A stretch of DNA of 64,000 nucleotides from Ruminococcus sp. (GTDB lineage: Bacteria; Bacillota; Clostridia; Oscillospirales; Ruminococcaceae). The stretch spans positions 2,089-66,088 of the forward strand of contig NZ_JAFUAG010000023.1 in NCBI RefSeq assembly GCF_017464355.1, written 5' to 3'. Shown here one piece after another: positions 1-8,231 of the stretch. Made by a program: the position numbers and the translations under genes. Below the pieces are notes generated by a model, which was not told the origin of the DNA, searched no databases, and saw only the letters and a list, made by a program, of their open reading frames with translations. The stretch's first letter is position 1, and each line of letters starts with the position of its first letter.

Positions 1-151
1 TTAGCACTTTACTCTTCTGCGGCTGCTTATCACCCTGCGGAATGCTTGTTCAACTTCAAAGGTCATGGGTATGAAGCGTATACCGCTGCCGCCATATTGG
101 CAGTGGTAAGTGAGATATGTCAGAAAATCTTTGTCACTTAAAATATTATAA

Positions 152-442
152 CACAAGTCAGAGTCTTTTTCAATACCCCTAGATCACGGTCGCACTGCCG
201 AGAACATCACAGGCAGTTTTCATACCGACTACATCAAGAAAAACGCAGAATTTCGCAGTAAGGCAGGGCGGTACAGATATCCCGAGGATATCCCCGATGA
301 GATTTTCCGCCGCCACGACAACTGCGGCTGCACCGTGACATACGAAAACGGCTGAAAGCGGCAGGACGTCTGGAGCAAGCGCACTTGGGAAGTTCCCGAC
401 GATGAAGCTGCGAGCAAAAAAGCCCCGCAGGCTCAGCCGTGA
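152..442 (+). pseudogene. Remnant of a phage head-morphogenesis (MuF / SPP1 gp7-like) gene C-terminus, interrupted by an in-frame TGA
   Basis: Frame 2 reads ...DEIFRRHDNCGCTVTYENG*. The H-x-x-C-x-C motif at 314-331 is typical of the MuF/gp7 C-terminal region. TGA at 353-355; the same frame stays open 28 more codons (KRQDVWSKRTWEVPDDEAASKKAPQAQP) to TGA 440-442. No start codon or RBS. A different frame is open from the window edge to TAA 136-138. Confidence 0.35.
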
Positions 443-956
443 ACAGGGGCAGAAATTGCAGGCGGATAATGCGCCGAAAAGGTTGACTTATGATGAGAAA
501 CGTGGTAATATTAATAAAAAGATAGGCTATCGAATGTACGATATATACTATGATAATAGTGACGATTTGTTTGACCCTGATGACATTGATAGTGAACTCG
601 AAAAATCAGAAGTCGGACGATGTACAATGGAATATATCGAAGAAGAACCACTCAGCATAGAGATGAATTATTCGCTTGAACAGGATAAATATGAAATGGA
701 GCATATTTATGGTCATACAATAACTGTTAATGCTCCGGCACACACAAACAAAACTCAAATTGCTGAAACGATCATACATGAAACTGCACACAGACAGTTT
801 TCTTGGGATAACACACAAGAAGATGAAATCAATTGCAGAATATATGAGTATTTTCATACTCACGATAGTATCACAGAAGAAAAAATCAAGAGTATTGTTG
901 ATTTTGTAAAAAAGTATTACTCAGACCTTCCAAGAGGTGATTTATATGGCTATTGA
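402..956 (+). CDS. Hypothetical protein with HExxH (HETAH) metallopeptidase-like motif
   Basis: ORF track, 184 aa. HETAH is encoded at 777-791. The first ~13 codons overlap the decayed upstream frame. The body of the ORF is visibly AT-rich compared with nt 180-470. Confidence 0.5.
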   Translation: MKLRAKKPRRLSREQGQKLQADNAPKRLTYDEKRGNINKKIGYRMYDIYYDNSDDLFDPDDIDSELEKSEVGRCTMEYIEEEPLSIEMNYSLEQDKYEMEHIYGHTITVNAPAHTNKTQIAETIIHETAHRQFSWDNTQEDEINCRIYEYFHTHDSITEEKIKSIVDFVKKYYSDLPRGDLYGY

Positions 957-957
957 T

Positions 958-1110
958 ATGAAGAAAATACGCAATGGTGAAAAAGTTATTTGTCCCCTAT
1001 GCAATAAGGGATACTTTATATCTGCTACAAAAGCCGCTTCTGATAAAACGAGTATGTTTAAGTGTTCGCATTGTGGTGAAAAGCTTATTATAAACTATAA
1101 AACCAAATGA
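958..1110 (+). CDS. 50-aa zinc-ribbon protein (CPLC ... CSHC)
   Basis: Hand translation: MKKIRNGEKVICPLCNKGYFISATKAASDKTSMFKCSHCGEKLIINYKTK. ATG lies 2 nt after the stop of 402..956. Two CxxC pairs. Below the ORF-track size cutoff. Confidence 0.45.
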   Translation: MKKIRNGEKVICPLCNKGYFISATKAASDKTSMFKCSHCGEKLIINYKTK

Positions 1111-1401
1111 CCGCCCTCACCCGAGAGCGGTATTTTCATGCCCGAAAGGAGCTGATATCATGCACGATATGGGCTGAAATAACCGCTATACTTGAACTTA
1201 TCGACAGGCAGTACAGCGGTCTCATAGACGACTAGCATTTGCTAAGGACAAAAATGTCCTTAACACAGATAGTCATCTGCAATTACAACAAGTCAAGTTC
1301 GGAGGACATGGCTAAGATTTTTCCCGAAGATCCTGACGGCTGTCTTAACACAGACGGATATGTGGAATATGCTAGAATAATGGGCGACTTAATGATCAAC
1401 C

Positions 1402-1440
1402 CAAAAAGGTCTATGCCCCACGAACGGAAGGCATAGACCT
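1402..1440 (-). terminator. Rho-independent terminator of the ABC operon
   Basis: Stem AGGTCTATGCC (1407-1417) / GGCATAGACCT (1430-1440). On the minus strand it is followed by TTTTTGGG, 20 nt after the permease stop. Confidence 0.7.
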
Positions 1441-1461
1441 CTTATTATATTTTTTATATCA

Positions 1462-2229
1462 TCACAGCGGCAGGTCTTTTTTCTTAAAAACTACCGAGCC
1501 TATCGTTAAAGCCACGATAGCAATTGCCGCAGGGAATATCATTTTTGTGATCCAGTCATTCTCCGAAAAGAGTATAGACTGATGATCGTAGAAAGAACAG
1601 ATAGTCAGATACTTGAACTTGTCAAGTCCACTCACGCCAAGACTGCCAAACATCGAGAGCATATTTGCAAGGATATTCACACCTATGAAAGTTCCGCTAA
1701 GACCTATGGAGTATTTGGTCGAGTTGAAAATACTTGAAAACATAAAGCATACAGCGGCAAGTGCAATGCAGACAACAAGTGCCGAAAGGTTTACCTGAAC
1801 TATCATTTCCGAAGTCAGTTCTCCTTTGATTGGAAGTGCGCTGTTTCCGAGTGCCGTAGCAATTGTGATCGGCTTTGCTGAATTGACAGCAAGGTGCAGA
1901 AGCGTTTCGATACCGAACATAGCCACAAGAGAGCCTACAAGGAATACGATCTGTGTAAAGGTCACAGCCGAACGTTTGACAGGCGTTGAAAGCACATAAG
2001 CCATAGAGCCACGATCAACCTGACTTGCGATAAGCTTGTTTGCCGTGACAAGAACATATATCGCAGGGAGAATAGTCGTCATCATGCCGTAGAAGATAAC
2101 AAATAGAAGATTCTGTGTCATTTCGAGTACCGCAAACTGTGCGCACAGAACTGACATAACAGCGGTGATAGCAGTCCACATCACCCAGTTTGATTTTACT
2201 GACTGCTTGAATAATGGTAAGCTGAACAT
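1462..2229 (-). CDS. ABC-2-type transporter permease
   Basis: ORF track, 255 aa, with multiple hydrophobic helices. Start overlaps the stop of the upstream ATPase gene by 1 nt (TAATG). Confidence 0.75.
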   Translation of the reverse strand: MFSLPLFKQSVKSNWVMWTAITAVMSVLCAQFAVLEMTQNLLFVIFYGMMTTILPAIYVLVTANKLIASQVDRGSMAYVLSTPVKRSAVTFTQIVFLVGSLVAMFGIETLLHLAVNSAKPITIATALGNSALPIKGELTSEMIVQVNLSALVVCIALAAVCFMFSSIFNSTKYSIGLSGTFIGVNILANMLSMFGSLGVSGLDKFKYLTICSFYDHQSILFSENDWITKMIFPAAIAIVALTIGSVVFKKKDLPL

Positions 2230-3134
2230 TATAGAACTCCTCCGTTTTCTATTTCATTTTTGTAATACATTTCAAGAGAATATGGCACATATCGCACATA
2301 CCGCATATTGTAATCAGCAAGTTCTCTGACAAAGCTGTTCACAGCGTCCACAGGTACAGCCGCCATAAGATGCTTGTATTTGTCGTTGAAGCTTTTGATA
2401 TGAAGATCGGTGCGTTTTTTAAATTCAAGATACTGTTCTTCGTCAGCAAAGCCCACACGGTATAGTTTCGGCATATTCTCATCGAAGATATCACGACCTA
2501 TGGTATTTATGATCCTGCCGTTATGGATAAATGTCACCTTATCGCAGGTATCTTCGAGTTCCTTGAAAATGTGGCTGGACATAAAAACTGTAGCCCCACG
2601 TTTTTTCTGTTCGAGGATAAGTTCGATCATGGCATCACGCATAACGGGGTCAAGTCCCGTGGAGGGCTCGTCCAGCAGGAGGATATCAGGCTTTGCCATG
2701 AACGCAGCTACAAGTGCCATTTTCTGCTTCATGCCCTTGCTCATTCTTTTGAGCGGTGCTGAGGTGTCTATCTTGAACAGGTCTATCAGCTTCTCGGTAT
2801 AGCTCATATCGGTAATGCCGAGATACTGCGCCTGGATCTTAAGGAAATTCGTTCCACTCCCCACATCGGGAAAGTCTATCTGCCCCGGCACATAGCCCAC
2901 ACGCTTCATGATCACTTCGGGATGCTGACGGCAGTTGATACCGCCGATCTCACAGCTTCCGCTGTCGGGTGCAAGAAAGCCCATAAGGTGGCGCATCGTA
3001 GTTGTCTTACCGCTGCCGTTCGTGCCAACAAGGCCGTATATCTCGCCTTCATTGATCGAGATGTTGAAGTCAAAAATTCCACGTCCATTGCCATAGTCCT
3101 TGGTCATGTTCTCGATTTTTATGATCTCAGGCAT
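2229..3134 (-). CDS. ABC transporter ATP-binding protein (second ATPase)
   Basis: Walker A GTNGSGKTTT, signature-like MSKGMKQKM, Walker B ILLLDEP. Start set to MPEIIKIENM (ATG 3134) behind GGGAGG. The 46-codon extension in the ORF track overlaps the upstream gene. Confidence 0.9.
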   Translation of the reverse strand: MPEIIKIENMTKDYGNGRGIFDFNISINEGEIYGLVGTNGSGKTTTMRHLMGFLAPDSGSCEIGGINCRQHPEVIMKRVGYVPGQIDFPDVGSGTNFLKIQAQYLGITDMSYTEKLIDLFKIDTSAPLKRMSKGMKQKMALVAAFMAKPDILLLDEPSTGLDPVMRDAMIELILEQKKRGATVFMSSHIFKELEDTCDKVTFIHNGRIINTIGRDIFDENMPKLYRVGFADEEQYLEFKKRTDLHIKSFNDKYKHLMAAVPVDAVNSFVRELADYNMRYVRYVPYSLEMYYKNEIENGGVL

Positions 3135-4050
3135 TTTGAATACCTCCCACACCGAATTTCTTATCATTTTTATAAAAATGCATAAAGTATTCCTCAAGAC
3201 TGACGGAATGCTCGTCAAGGCTCCTGATACTGCACTTTGAAAGAGCTGACAAAAAGTCATTTGTCTTTTCATCTGGAACAGAGATCACGCACTTTTTAGC
3301 TGATTTATCTCCCTTTTCGGGACTTGACCCTGAATTTATAAATCTGTCATAATCATCGGTGGTCTCAAACTCTATAGTAAATTCATTTTTCAGTCCGTGC
3401 TTGACATCGGCGGCATCTACGGTGGAGATGAGCCTGCCGTCCTTGATGATCGCAATGCGGTCGCAGAGAGCTTCGACTTCGCTGAAAATATGACTTGAAA
3501 GAAGTATCGTTTTGCCGCGTTTCTTCTCCTCACAGATAAAGTTGATAAACACCTCCTGCATCACAGGGTCAAGACCGCTTGTCGGTTCATCGAGAAGAAG
3601 GATATCAGGGTCTGACATAAAAGCTGTAACAACTGCCAGTTTACGTTTTTCGCCTATACTCATACGTTTTACATCACCGTCGGGATCCATCTCGAACAGC
3701 TTTAACAGTTCATTGGTCCGACCATCGCCCTTCGTTCTGCGCATATTCTTCATCATTGAAATGAACTCCCTGCCGGTCAGACCATCCGGAAGAGCTACCT
3801 CGCCGGGCAGATAACCGACATTTTTAAGTATCTCATGGTGTTTTGATGTGCTGTCAAGACCGTCTATCTTCGCCATACCGCTGTGCGGCTTTGAAAAGCC
3901 CATAAGGTGGCGCATAGTCGTGGATTTTCCTGCACCGTTAGGGCCGAGAAAGCCCAGTGTTTCACCCTTATGTACTTCAAAGGTCACATCGAAGATACCC
4001 CTGCCGTGACCGTAGTCCTTTGTCAGCTTGTTTACTTCGATCACACTCAT
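3127..4050 (-). CDS. ABC transporter ATP-binding protein (first ATPase)
   Basis: Walker A GPNGAGKSTT, signature-like MSIGEKRKL, Walker B ILLLDEP. 307 aa. Confidence 0.9.
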   Translation of the reverse strand: MSVIEVNKLTKDYGHGRGIFDVTFEVHKGETLGFLGPNGAGKSTTMRHLMGFSKPHSGMAKIDGLDSTSKHHEILKNVGYLPGEVALPDGLTGREFISMMKNMRRTKGDGRTNELLKLFEMDPDGDVKRMSIGEKRKLAVVTAFMSDPDILLLDEPTSGLDPVMQEVFINFICEEKKRGKTILLSSHIFSEVEALCDRIAIIKDGRLISTVDAADVKHGLKNEFTIEFETTDDYDRFINSGSSPEKGDKSAKKCVISVPDEKTNDFLSALSKCSIRSLDEHSVSLEEYFMHFYKNDKKFGVGGIQNA

Positions 4051-4133
4051 CTATTCTTCCTCCTTACGGTCACACCGATGAACACTCCCACAACAGCGGC
4101 GATCACTGCAATAACTACGATCGTCTTTTTCAT
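4047..4133 (-). CDS. 28-aa hydrophobic peptide, translationally coupled to the ABC operon
   Basis: Hand translation: MKKTIVVIAVIAAVVGVFIGVTVRRKNR. AGGAGG lies 8 nt upstream of the ATG. The stop overlaps the ATPase start (ATGA). Confidence 0.5.
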   Translation of the reverse strand: MKKTIVVIAVIAAVVGVFIGVTVRRKNR

Positions 4134-4167
4134 TCTGATGACCTCCTGTTTCATTTGGTATGTCTGT

Positions 4168-4212
4168 ATTTTATCCCCCTTTTATTGCAGTAAGGTTTGA
4201 GTTTTGTTTCAG
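4168..4212 (-). promoter_or_regulatory. Operator-like 36-nt element (copy Y) plus -10-like TAAAAT upstream of the peptide/ABC operon
   Basis: Minus strand reads CTGAAACAAAACTCAAACCTTACTGCAATAAAAGGG (4212..4177), then GGA, then TAAAAT (4173..4168). It contains an internal 11-nt direct repeat at 22-bp spacing and is 33/36 identical to 6999-7034. Confidence 0.5.
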
Positions 4213-4254
4213 AAACATTAAAAGCCGCCGACCTTTTGAGCCGACAGCTTTTCG

Positions 4255-5316
4255 CTAAATATTCATTGTCACAATAAATTTTGCGCCCTTTCCCGTTTCG
4301 CTTTCCACACTGATCTCACCGCCCGTGAGCTGCAGGACACGCAATGCCAGCGCAAGCCCCAAGCCGTTTCCTTCGGTAGAATGGGAGGTGTCGCCCTGAT
4401 AGAATTTATCAAATATATGCTTTTTTGTCTGCTCGTCCATACCGCAGCCGCTGTCCTCGACCTCGACCACGACCCTGCCGTCTTCGGTATATTCCCGCAA
4501 GGTGACAGTGCCGCCCTGCTCAGTGAACTTGAACGCATTGGAGAGCAGATTGTTCCACAAAAGCGGAAGCAATTCCGCATCGGCAGTGATGAGCTTGCGC
4601 TCGTCTGCGATGTCCGCTTCAAACTCGATACCCTTTTCCTCCCACACAGATTCAAACAGCAGAGCCGACTGCACAAGCTGGTCGCACAGGTCAAACTCGC
4701 TGACATGAGGCGTAATGCTTTGCTTTTCCAGCTTGTTAAGCTTTAGGATATTCGTGATGAGGGTGTTCAGTCGCTTTGCGGCAGTTGTTACGGTGTCTAC
4801 ATATTCCTGCCGTTTTTCTTCGGACAAGTCGGGCTTTTTCAGCATTTCCGCAGAGTTCTGGATAACGGCGATAGGCGTTTTGATCTCATGCGAAACATTT
4901 GAAAAGAAGTCCAGACGGAGCGTTTCGATACTGCCAAGCTCGGCAGCCATTTTGTTGAAATCCTCTATCATCTGGTCGAGGTAATCAAATTTCTCACGCT
5001 CGTTGATCGTTTCAACACGGGCAGAAAAATCACCCTTTGCGATCTTTGCCGCCGCATCGGCAAGGCGCAGCATCGGCAGCTCATAGGTCTTTCGCACCTG
5101 ATGACGGGTATACAGCGTCAGGCCGCCTGCCACCAATGCCCAGTAACTCATCAGCGTTATGATGATAATGATGTCATTAAAATTCGCCTTTTCGACACCG
5201 ATAAGCAGCCCTATGTGAACGCCCGACAGCAGAAGTAAAGCAACATAATATCCAAAAAAGATAGACTTCGGGAAACGGCTGTTTTTGACTGCCTGCGTGA
5301 GCTCATGCTGTCTCAT
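4255..5316 (-). CDS. Sensor histidine kinase, intramembrane-sensing type
   Basis: H-box SHEIKTP and a G-box GNGLGLALA. Two N-terminal TM helices are separated by only ~7 residues (EKANFND). Overlaps the RR gene by 4 nt. Confidence 0.9.
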   Translation of the reverse strand: MRQHELTQAVKNSRFPKSIFFGYYVALLLLSGVHIGLLIGVEKANFNDIIIIITLMSYWALVAGGLTLYTRHQVRKTYELPMLRLADAAAKIAKGDFSARVETINEREKFDYLDQMIEDFNKMAAELGSIETLRLDFFSNVSHEIKTPIAVIQNSAEMLKKPDLSEEKRQEYVDTVTTAAKRLNTLITNILKLNKLEKQSITPHVSEFDLCDQLVQSALLFESVWEEKGIEFEADIADERKLITADAELLPLLWNNLLSNAFKFTEQGGTVTLREYTEDGRVVVEVEDSGCGMDEQTKKHIFDKFYQGDTSHSTEGNGLGLALALRVLQLTGGEISVESETGKGAKFIVTMNI

Positions 5317-5984
5317 TTCAGCACCGCCTTGTAGCCTATCCCCCGAATAGTTTTTATTTCAAATCCCGTGCAGATCGAAGTTTTGTCACGCAGTCTTGTG
5401 ATATACACATCTACCGAACGCAGGCTTGCATCGGAGTCCACTCCCCAGAATTCGTCCATGAGCTGCGCCCTCGAAAAGGTCTTGTTCGGGTAAGAGAGCA
5501 GCTTGAAAAGGATATTGAATTCCCTTGTGGATAGCGGCATTTCCTCGCCGTTCACCGTGCCTGTCATGGCATCGCCGTCCAGTGTCAGGTCACCTACTGT
5601 CAGCTTTTTTGATTCCGCTATATTTGCACGGCGAAGAAGTGCCCGCACACGCATTTCCAGCTCTGCAAGCTCCACGGGCTTGACCATATAATCGTCTATT
5701 CCGAGCCGAAAGCCCTTTTCCTTTGACGAAAGATCGTCTCTTGCCGAGAGAAACAGTATCGGGATATTCGCATTCAGCTTACGGACAGTCTCCGCAAACT
5801 CAAAGCCGTCTATCTTCGGCATCATAATGTCTGAAATTATGAGGTCATACAGGTTGGCATACATCTCGTCGTAAGCTTCGTTCATAGACAGGCAACCCTT
5901 TGCCGAAAAACCGCTGTCGTTCAGATAACTGCACACAAGTCGGTTTAAGTCTTTGTCATCATCAACTACTAAAATATGTATCAT
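5313..5984 (-). CDS. OmpR/PhoB-family response regulator
   Basis: Receiver domain (ILVVDDD ... DLIISDIMMPKIDG) plus a winged-helix C-terminus (RSVDVYITRLRDK ... IRGIGY). Confidence 0.92.
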   Translation of the reverse strand: MIHILVVDDDKDLNRLVCSYLNDSGFSAKGCLSMNEAYDEMYANLYDLIISDIMMPKIDGFEFAETVRKLNANIPILFLSARDDLSSKEKGFRLGIDDYMVKPVELAELEMRVRALLRRANIAESKKLTVGDLTLDGDAMTGTVNGEEMPLSTREFNILFKLLSYPNKTFSRAQLMDEFWGVDSDASLRSVDVYITRLRDKTSICTGFEIKTIRGIGYKAVLK

Positions 5985-6913
5985 TTTAATTCCTCCTGTT
6001 TGATGCTTCTATGCGCCCTGATACTCATGGACAAGGCATTCCACAGCATAATGACCATGACTGCAACTCCCGTAATGGGATCCAACGTTCTTGAAAAGCT
6101 GCTTACCGTTCCGCCAAAGGTGTGTATCATGGCGGTCTGCAAGGTGAACGTTGAGAGCGCCGCCCCTGAAATATTCAGCTTTTTTGCGGCGGCAAGTATC
6201 GCGTTGTCACGCTTACGGAAGGCTGCTGCACTGATGACCGCTGTGATAACATAATAAAAGGTATACGCTGCCGAAACGATCGCAACGAGCCTTGAATAAT
6301 TGCTCATATCGTTCCTTACGATCATGTGGTATGCTATGCCCGTCACAGTCAGCGTGAGCAGGATCATCATAACGCCGCAGCTTCTCACGGTTCTGTATTC
6401 ATGCAGACGAACAGCTCTGTCACGTTCGGCATTTTTATGGGCACGGTAGCTTTTCATCAGCATAAAGCGAATCGCCCCGAACACAAGATAATACACACCC
6501 ACCGAACCCAGCCATGTAGAATGATAGTAAACACCCGATGCACACTTGAACACAGCAAAAAACAAATTTGCGGCCAGTCCTGAATACAGTGATATTTCAG
6601 CACGAAAATCAGTGCTTTCAAGATAAAGGGCAGTGTACCTGTTTTTGCGCATCAGTTTTTTGAACCACACAACGAAAGAGATCTTGTCCTCTCTGACTGC
6701 TGTTCGGATATTTCTGTATATTCGACCTGCATTCATGAACGTGATGATCAGTGCGTAGCTTGAAAGTATGTATGCAATGATAGAAACAGGATTCATAGGC
6801 GATAAAAACACCAGTGCGATGACAACAAGCGGAAATGCAATAATATCTGTAAGTATAACTGCTTTGCCAGGTGGGTGAAGCAGTTTTTTATATTCAAAAC
6901 GAGGTGCTTTCAT
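5981..6913 (-). CDS. Multi-pass membrane protein of unknown function, first gene of the TCS operon
   Basis: Start set to MKAPRFEYKK (ATG 6913), downstream of the predicted promoter. The stop overlaps the RR start by 4 nt. About 6-7 hydrophobic helices by eye. Confidence 0.65.
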   Translation of the reverse strand: MKAPRFEYKKLLHPPGKAVILTDIIAFPLVVIALVFLSPMNPVSIIAYILSSYALIITFMNAGRIYRNIRTAVREDKISFVVWFKKLMRKNRYTALYLESTDFRAEISLYSGLAANLFFAVFKCASGVYYHSTWLGSVGVYYLVFGAIRFMLMKSYRAHKNAERDRAVRLHEYRTVRSCGVMMILLTLTVTGIAYHMIVRNDMSNYSRLVAIVSAAYTFYYVITAVISAAAFRKRDNAILAAAKKLNISGAALSTFTLQTAMIHTFGGTVSSFSRTLDPITGVAVMVIMLWNALSMSIRAHRSIKQEELK

Positions 6914-6944
6914 GTAATCACTCCACGGAACTTTTCTTGTTATC

Positions 6945-6973
6945 ATTATACCAAATATCCATGCGGCTTTCAA
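6945..6973 (-). promoter_or_regulatory. Sigma-A-type promoter of the membrane-protein/RR/HK operon
   Basis: Minus strand: TTGAAA (6973..6968), 17 nt, TGgTATAAT (-10 at 6950..6945). Confidence 0.5.
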
Positions 6974-6998
6974 GACACATCGGCACATTTTAATATTA

Positions 6999-7034
6999 CT
7001 GCAACAAAACTCAAACCTAACTGCAACAAAAGGG
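6999..7034 (+). promoter_or_regulatory. Operator-like 36-nt element (copy X)
   Basis: CTGCAACAAAACTCAAACCTAACTGCAACAAAAGGG. Perfect 11-nt direct repeat CTGCAACAAAA at 6999 and 7021. 33/36 identical to the minus-strand reading of 4177-4212. Confidence 0.5.
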
Positions 7035-7372
7035 CTGTAAGGCAGTAGAAAATGCCGTAGTGGGCGGATACAAGAAGCTCGAGGACGGCTTTGTTGACAC
7101 GTTTCTTGCAAAAGAGGTAGAAACTGTGGAGGAAGCAAAGCACCGTATCAGGAACGGCTCGATCAGCTATGATATTGCCCCAGCGCAGTCCCCGGGGCAT
7201 TCTTTTGTAAAACGCCCTCCATATATCTACTGACGTTTTCGTTTTTTTGGGAGTCTGTTCTCTGAAATATTTACAGTTTGCTCTTGATAATTCTCCCTCT
7301 TGCATAGTTGGGGCACGGGCTTTCTGCCCCTGATGACGGTGATTTCAGAGGGTGTTTTTCTCGGAAATGGGA

Positions 7373-7401
7373 TTGCATTTTCGGGGCTAGTATGGTATAA
7401 T
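7373..7401 (+). promoter_or_regulatory. Sigma-A-type promoter for 7455..7898
   Basis: TTGCAT (7373-7378), 17 nt, TGgTATAAT (-10 at 7396-7401). Confidence 0.5.
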
Positions 7402-7454
7402 TTAGGGGTAAGAGTAGGTGGTCGGCTCGTTCGTAAAAAACAGGGAGAATTTTC

Positions 7455-7898
7455 ATGGGACATATGATAAGAGCTATTATTGCAAAAGAGAATGTTATTC
7501 AAAACATTTCAGATCATTGGGCGTATGGGGAGAAAATTGTACTTCCGCAGGGTTATGGAATGTCATTTCTCAATGATAGCTTATTTGACGATATTGAGGA
7601 GTTGTTTGATATTGCTGATACTCATAAATATCCTCAGTTCAATTATCTATCTGATTCTGTCATTAGCTTTTTGTTGCAGGAATCTAAAGACGCTCAGATC
7701 ATATATATTGAAACAGATTATTTTGGTGGATATGGAACACAAACAGGTGTTTTGTTTGAGAATGGCAGCATAGCGATAGAACCAATGCAAGGCAATGGTG
7801 TAATCAACTACTTGCTCCGTCAAATTGGCGTGTATAAGGAGCATAACAAAGATGAATTTACGAGTTTGCAATTATATCGTTTTCGCCGTATGGACTAA
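7455..7898 (+). CDS. Hypothetical protein (147 aa), AT-rich orphan
   Basis: ORF track. AGGGAGA RBS upstream. Has its own promoter and terminator. No family recognised. Confidence 0.65.
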   Translation: MGHMIRAIIAKENVIQNISDHWAYGEKIVLPQGYGMSFLNDSLFDDIEELFDIADTHKYPQFNYLSDSVISFLLQESKDAQIIYIETDYFGGYGTQTGVLFENGSIAIEPMQGNGVINYLLRQIGVYKEHNKDEFTSLQLYRFRRMD

Positions 7899-7946
7899 GA
7901 GTAATCTAAGCGTACAATTCAGATAATAAAACCGAATACTATCTTC

Positions 7947-7977
7947 ATGCAGAGCAACACCAGCTCTGCATTTTTTA
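7947..7977 (+). terminator. Rho-independent terminator
   Basis: ATGCAGAGC (7947-7955) / GCTCTGCAT (7963-7971), followed by TTTTTT. Confidence 0.7.
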
Positions 7978-8231
7978 TGTCCAATTCAAAATTCCCCATA
8001 ACAATTTCACGATAAGAAAAGTTTTATGGCGCACCCAAGTTCATGCGCACTGCGAATAGACTTTTAGTATCTGAGTGCGCTATAATATTATCGTGGGGCT
8101 GAGTAGTTCGGCTCGACTAAAATTCAGAATGGTGGTGATGATATGGCTACGACTTCTATCGCTGACAAGCTGGCGCAGAAAATGTCTGCCGGAAAAGGGC
8201 TTCAGCAGAGATATGATAATGTATGATATAC

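Noticed and set aside
1239-1436. 65-aa ORF (TTG start), plus short frames at 1160-1235 (MHDMG* then EITAILELIDRQYSGLIDD*).
   Set aside because: These are fragmentary. The RBS-ATG at 1160 terminates after 5 codons, and the 65-aa ORF runs through the ABC-operon terminator hairpin. They are probably debris of the same mobile-element remnant as 1-1110.
2229-3272. N-terminal extensions in the ORF track. Examples: 2229..3272, 5981..7138, 48340..49452, 55824..56594, 58172..58996, 34568..35455, 49519..50202, 18866..20632, 21040..21921 and 37602..38165.
   Set aside because: The extensions overlap upstream genes, promoters or terminator hairpins and lack an RBS. Internal starts have Shine-Dalgarno sequences and give canonical family N-termini.
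7061-7234. 57-codon + strand frame (VGGYKKLEDGFVDTFLAKEVETVEEAKHRIRNGSISYDIAPAQSPGHSFVKRPPYIY) facing operator copy X.
   Set aside because: It looks protein-like, but it has only a GTG with no Shine-Dalgarno and no recognisable family. It may be a remnant of a lost gene and is mentioned under the operator finding only.
6970-7502. Minus-strand ORFs 6970..7305 (111 aa), 7227..7502 (91 aa) and 7271..7456 (61 aa).
   Set aside because: They span the predicted promoter regions of two divergent units. They have no RBS and odd composition. The region is better explained as regulatory DNA plus gene debris.
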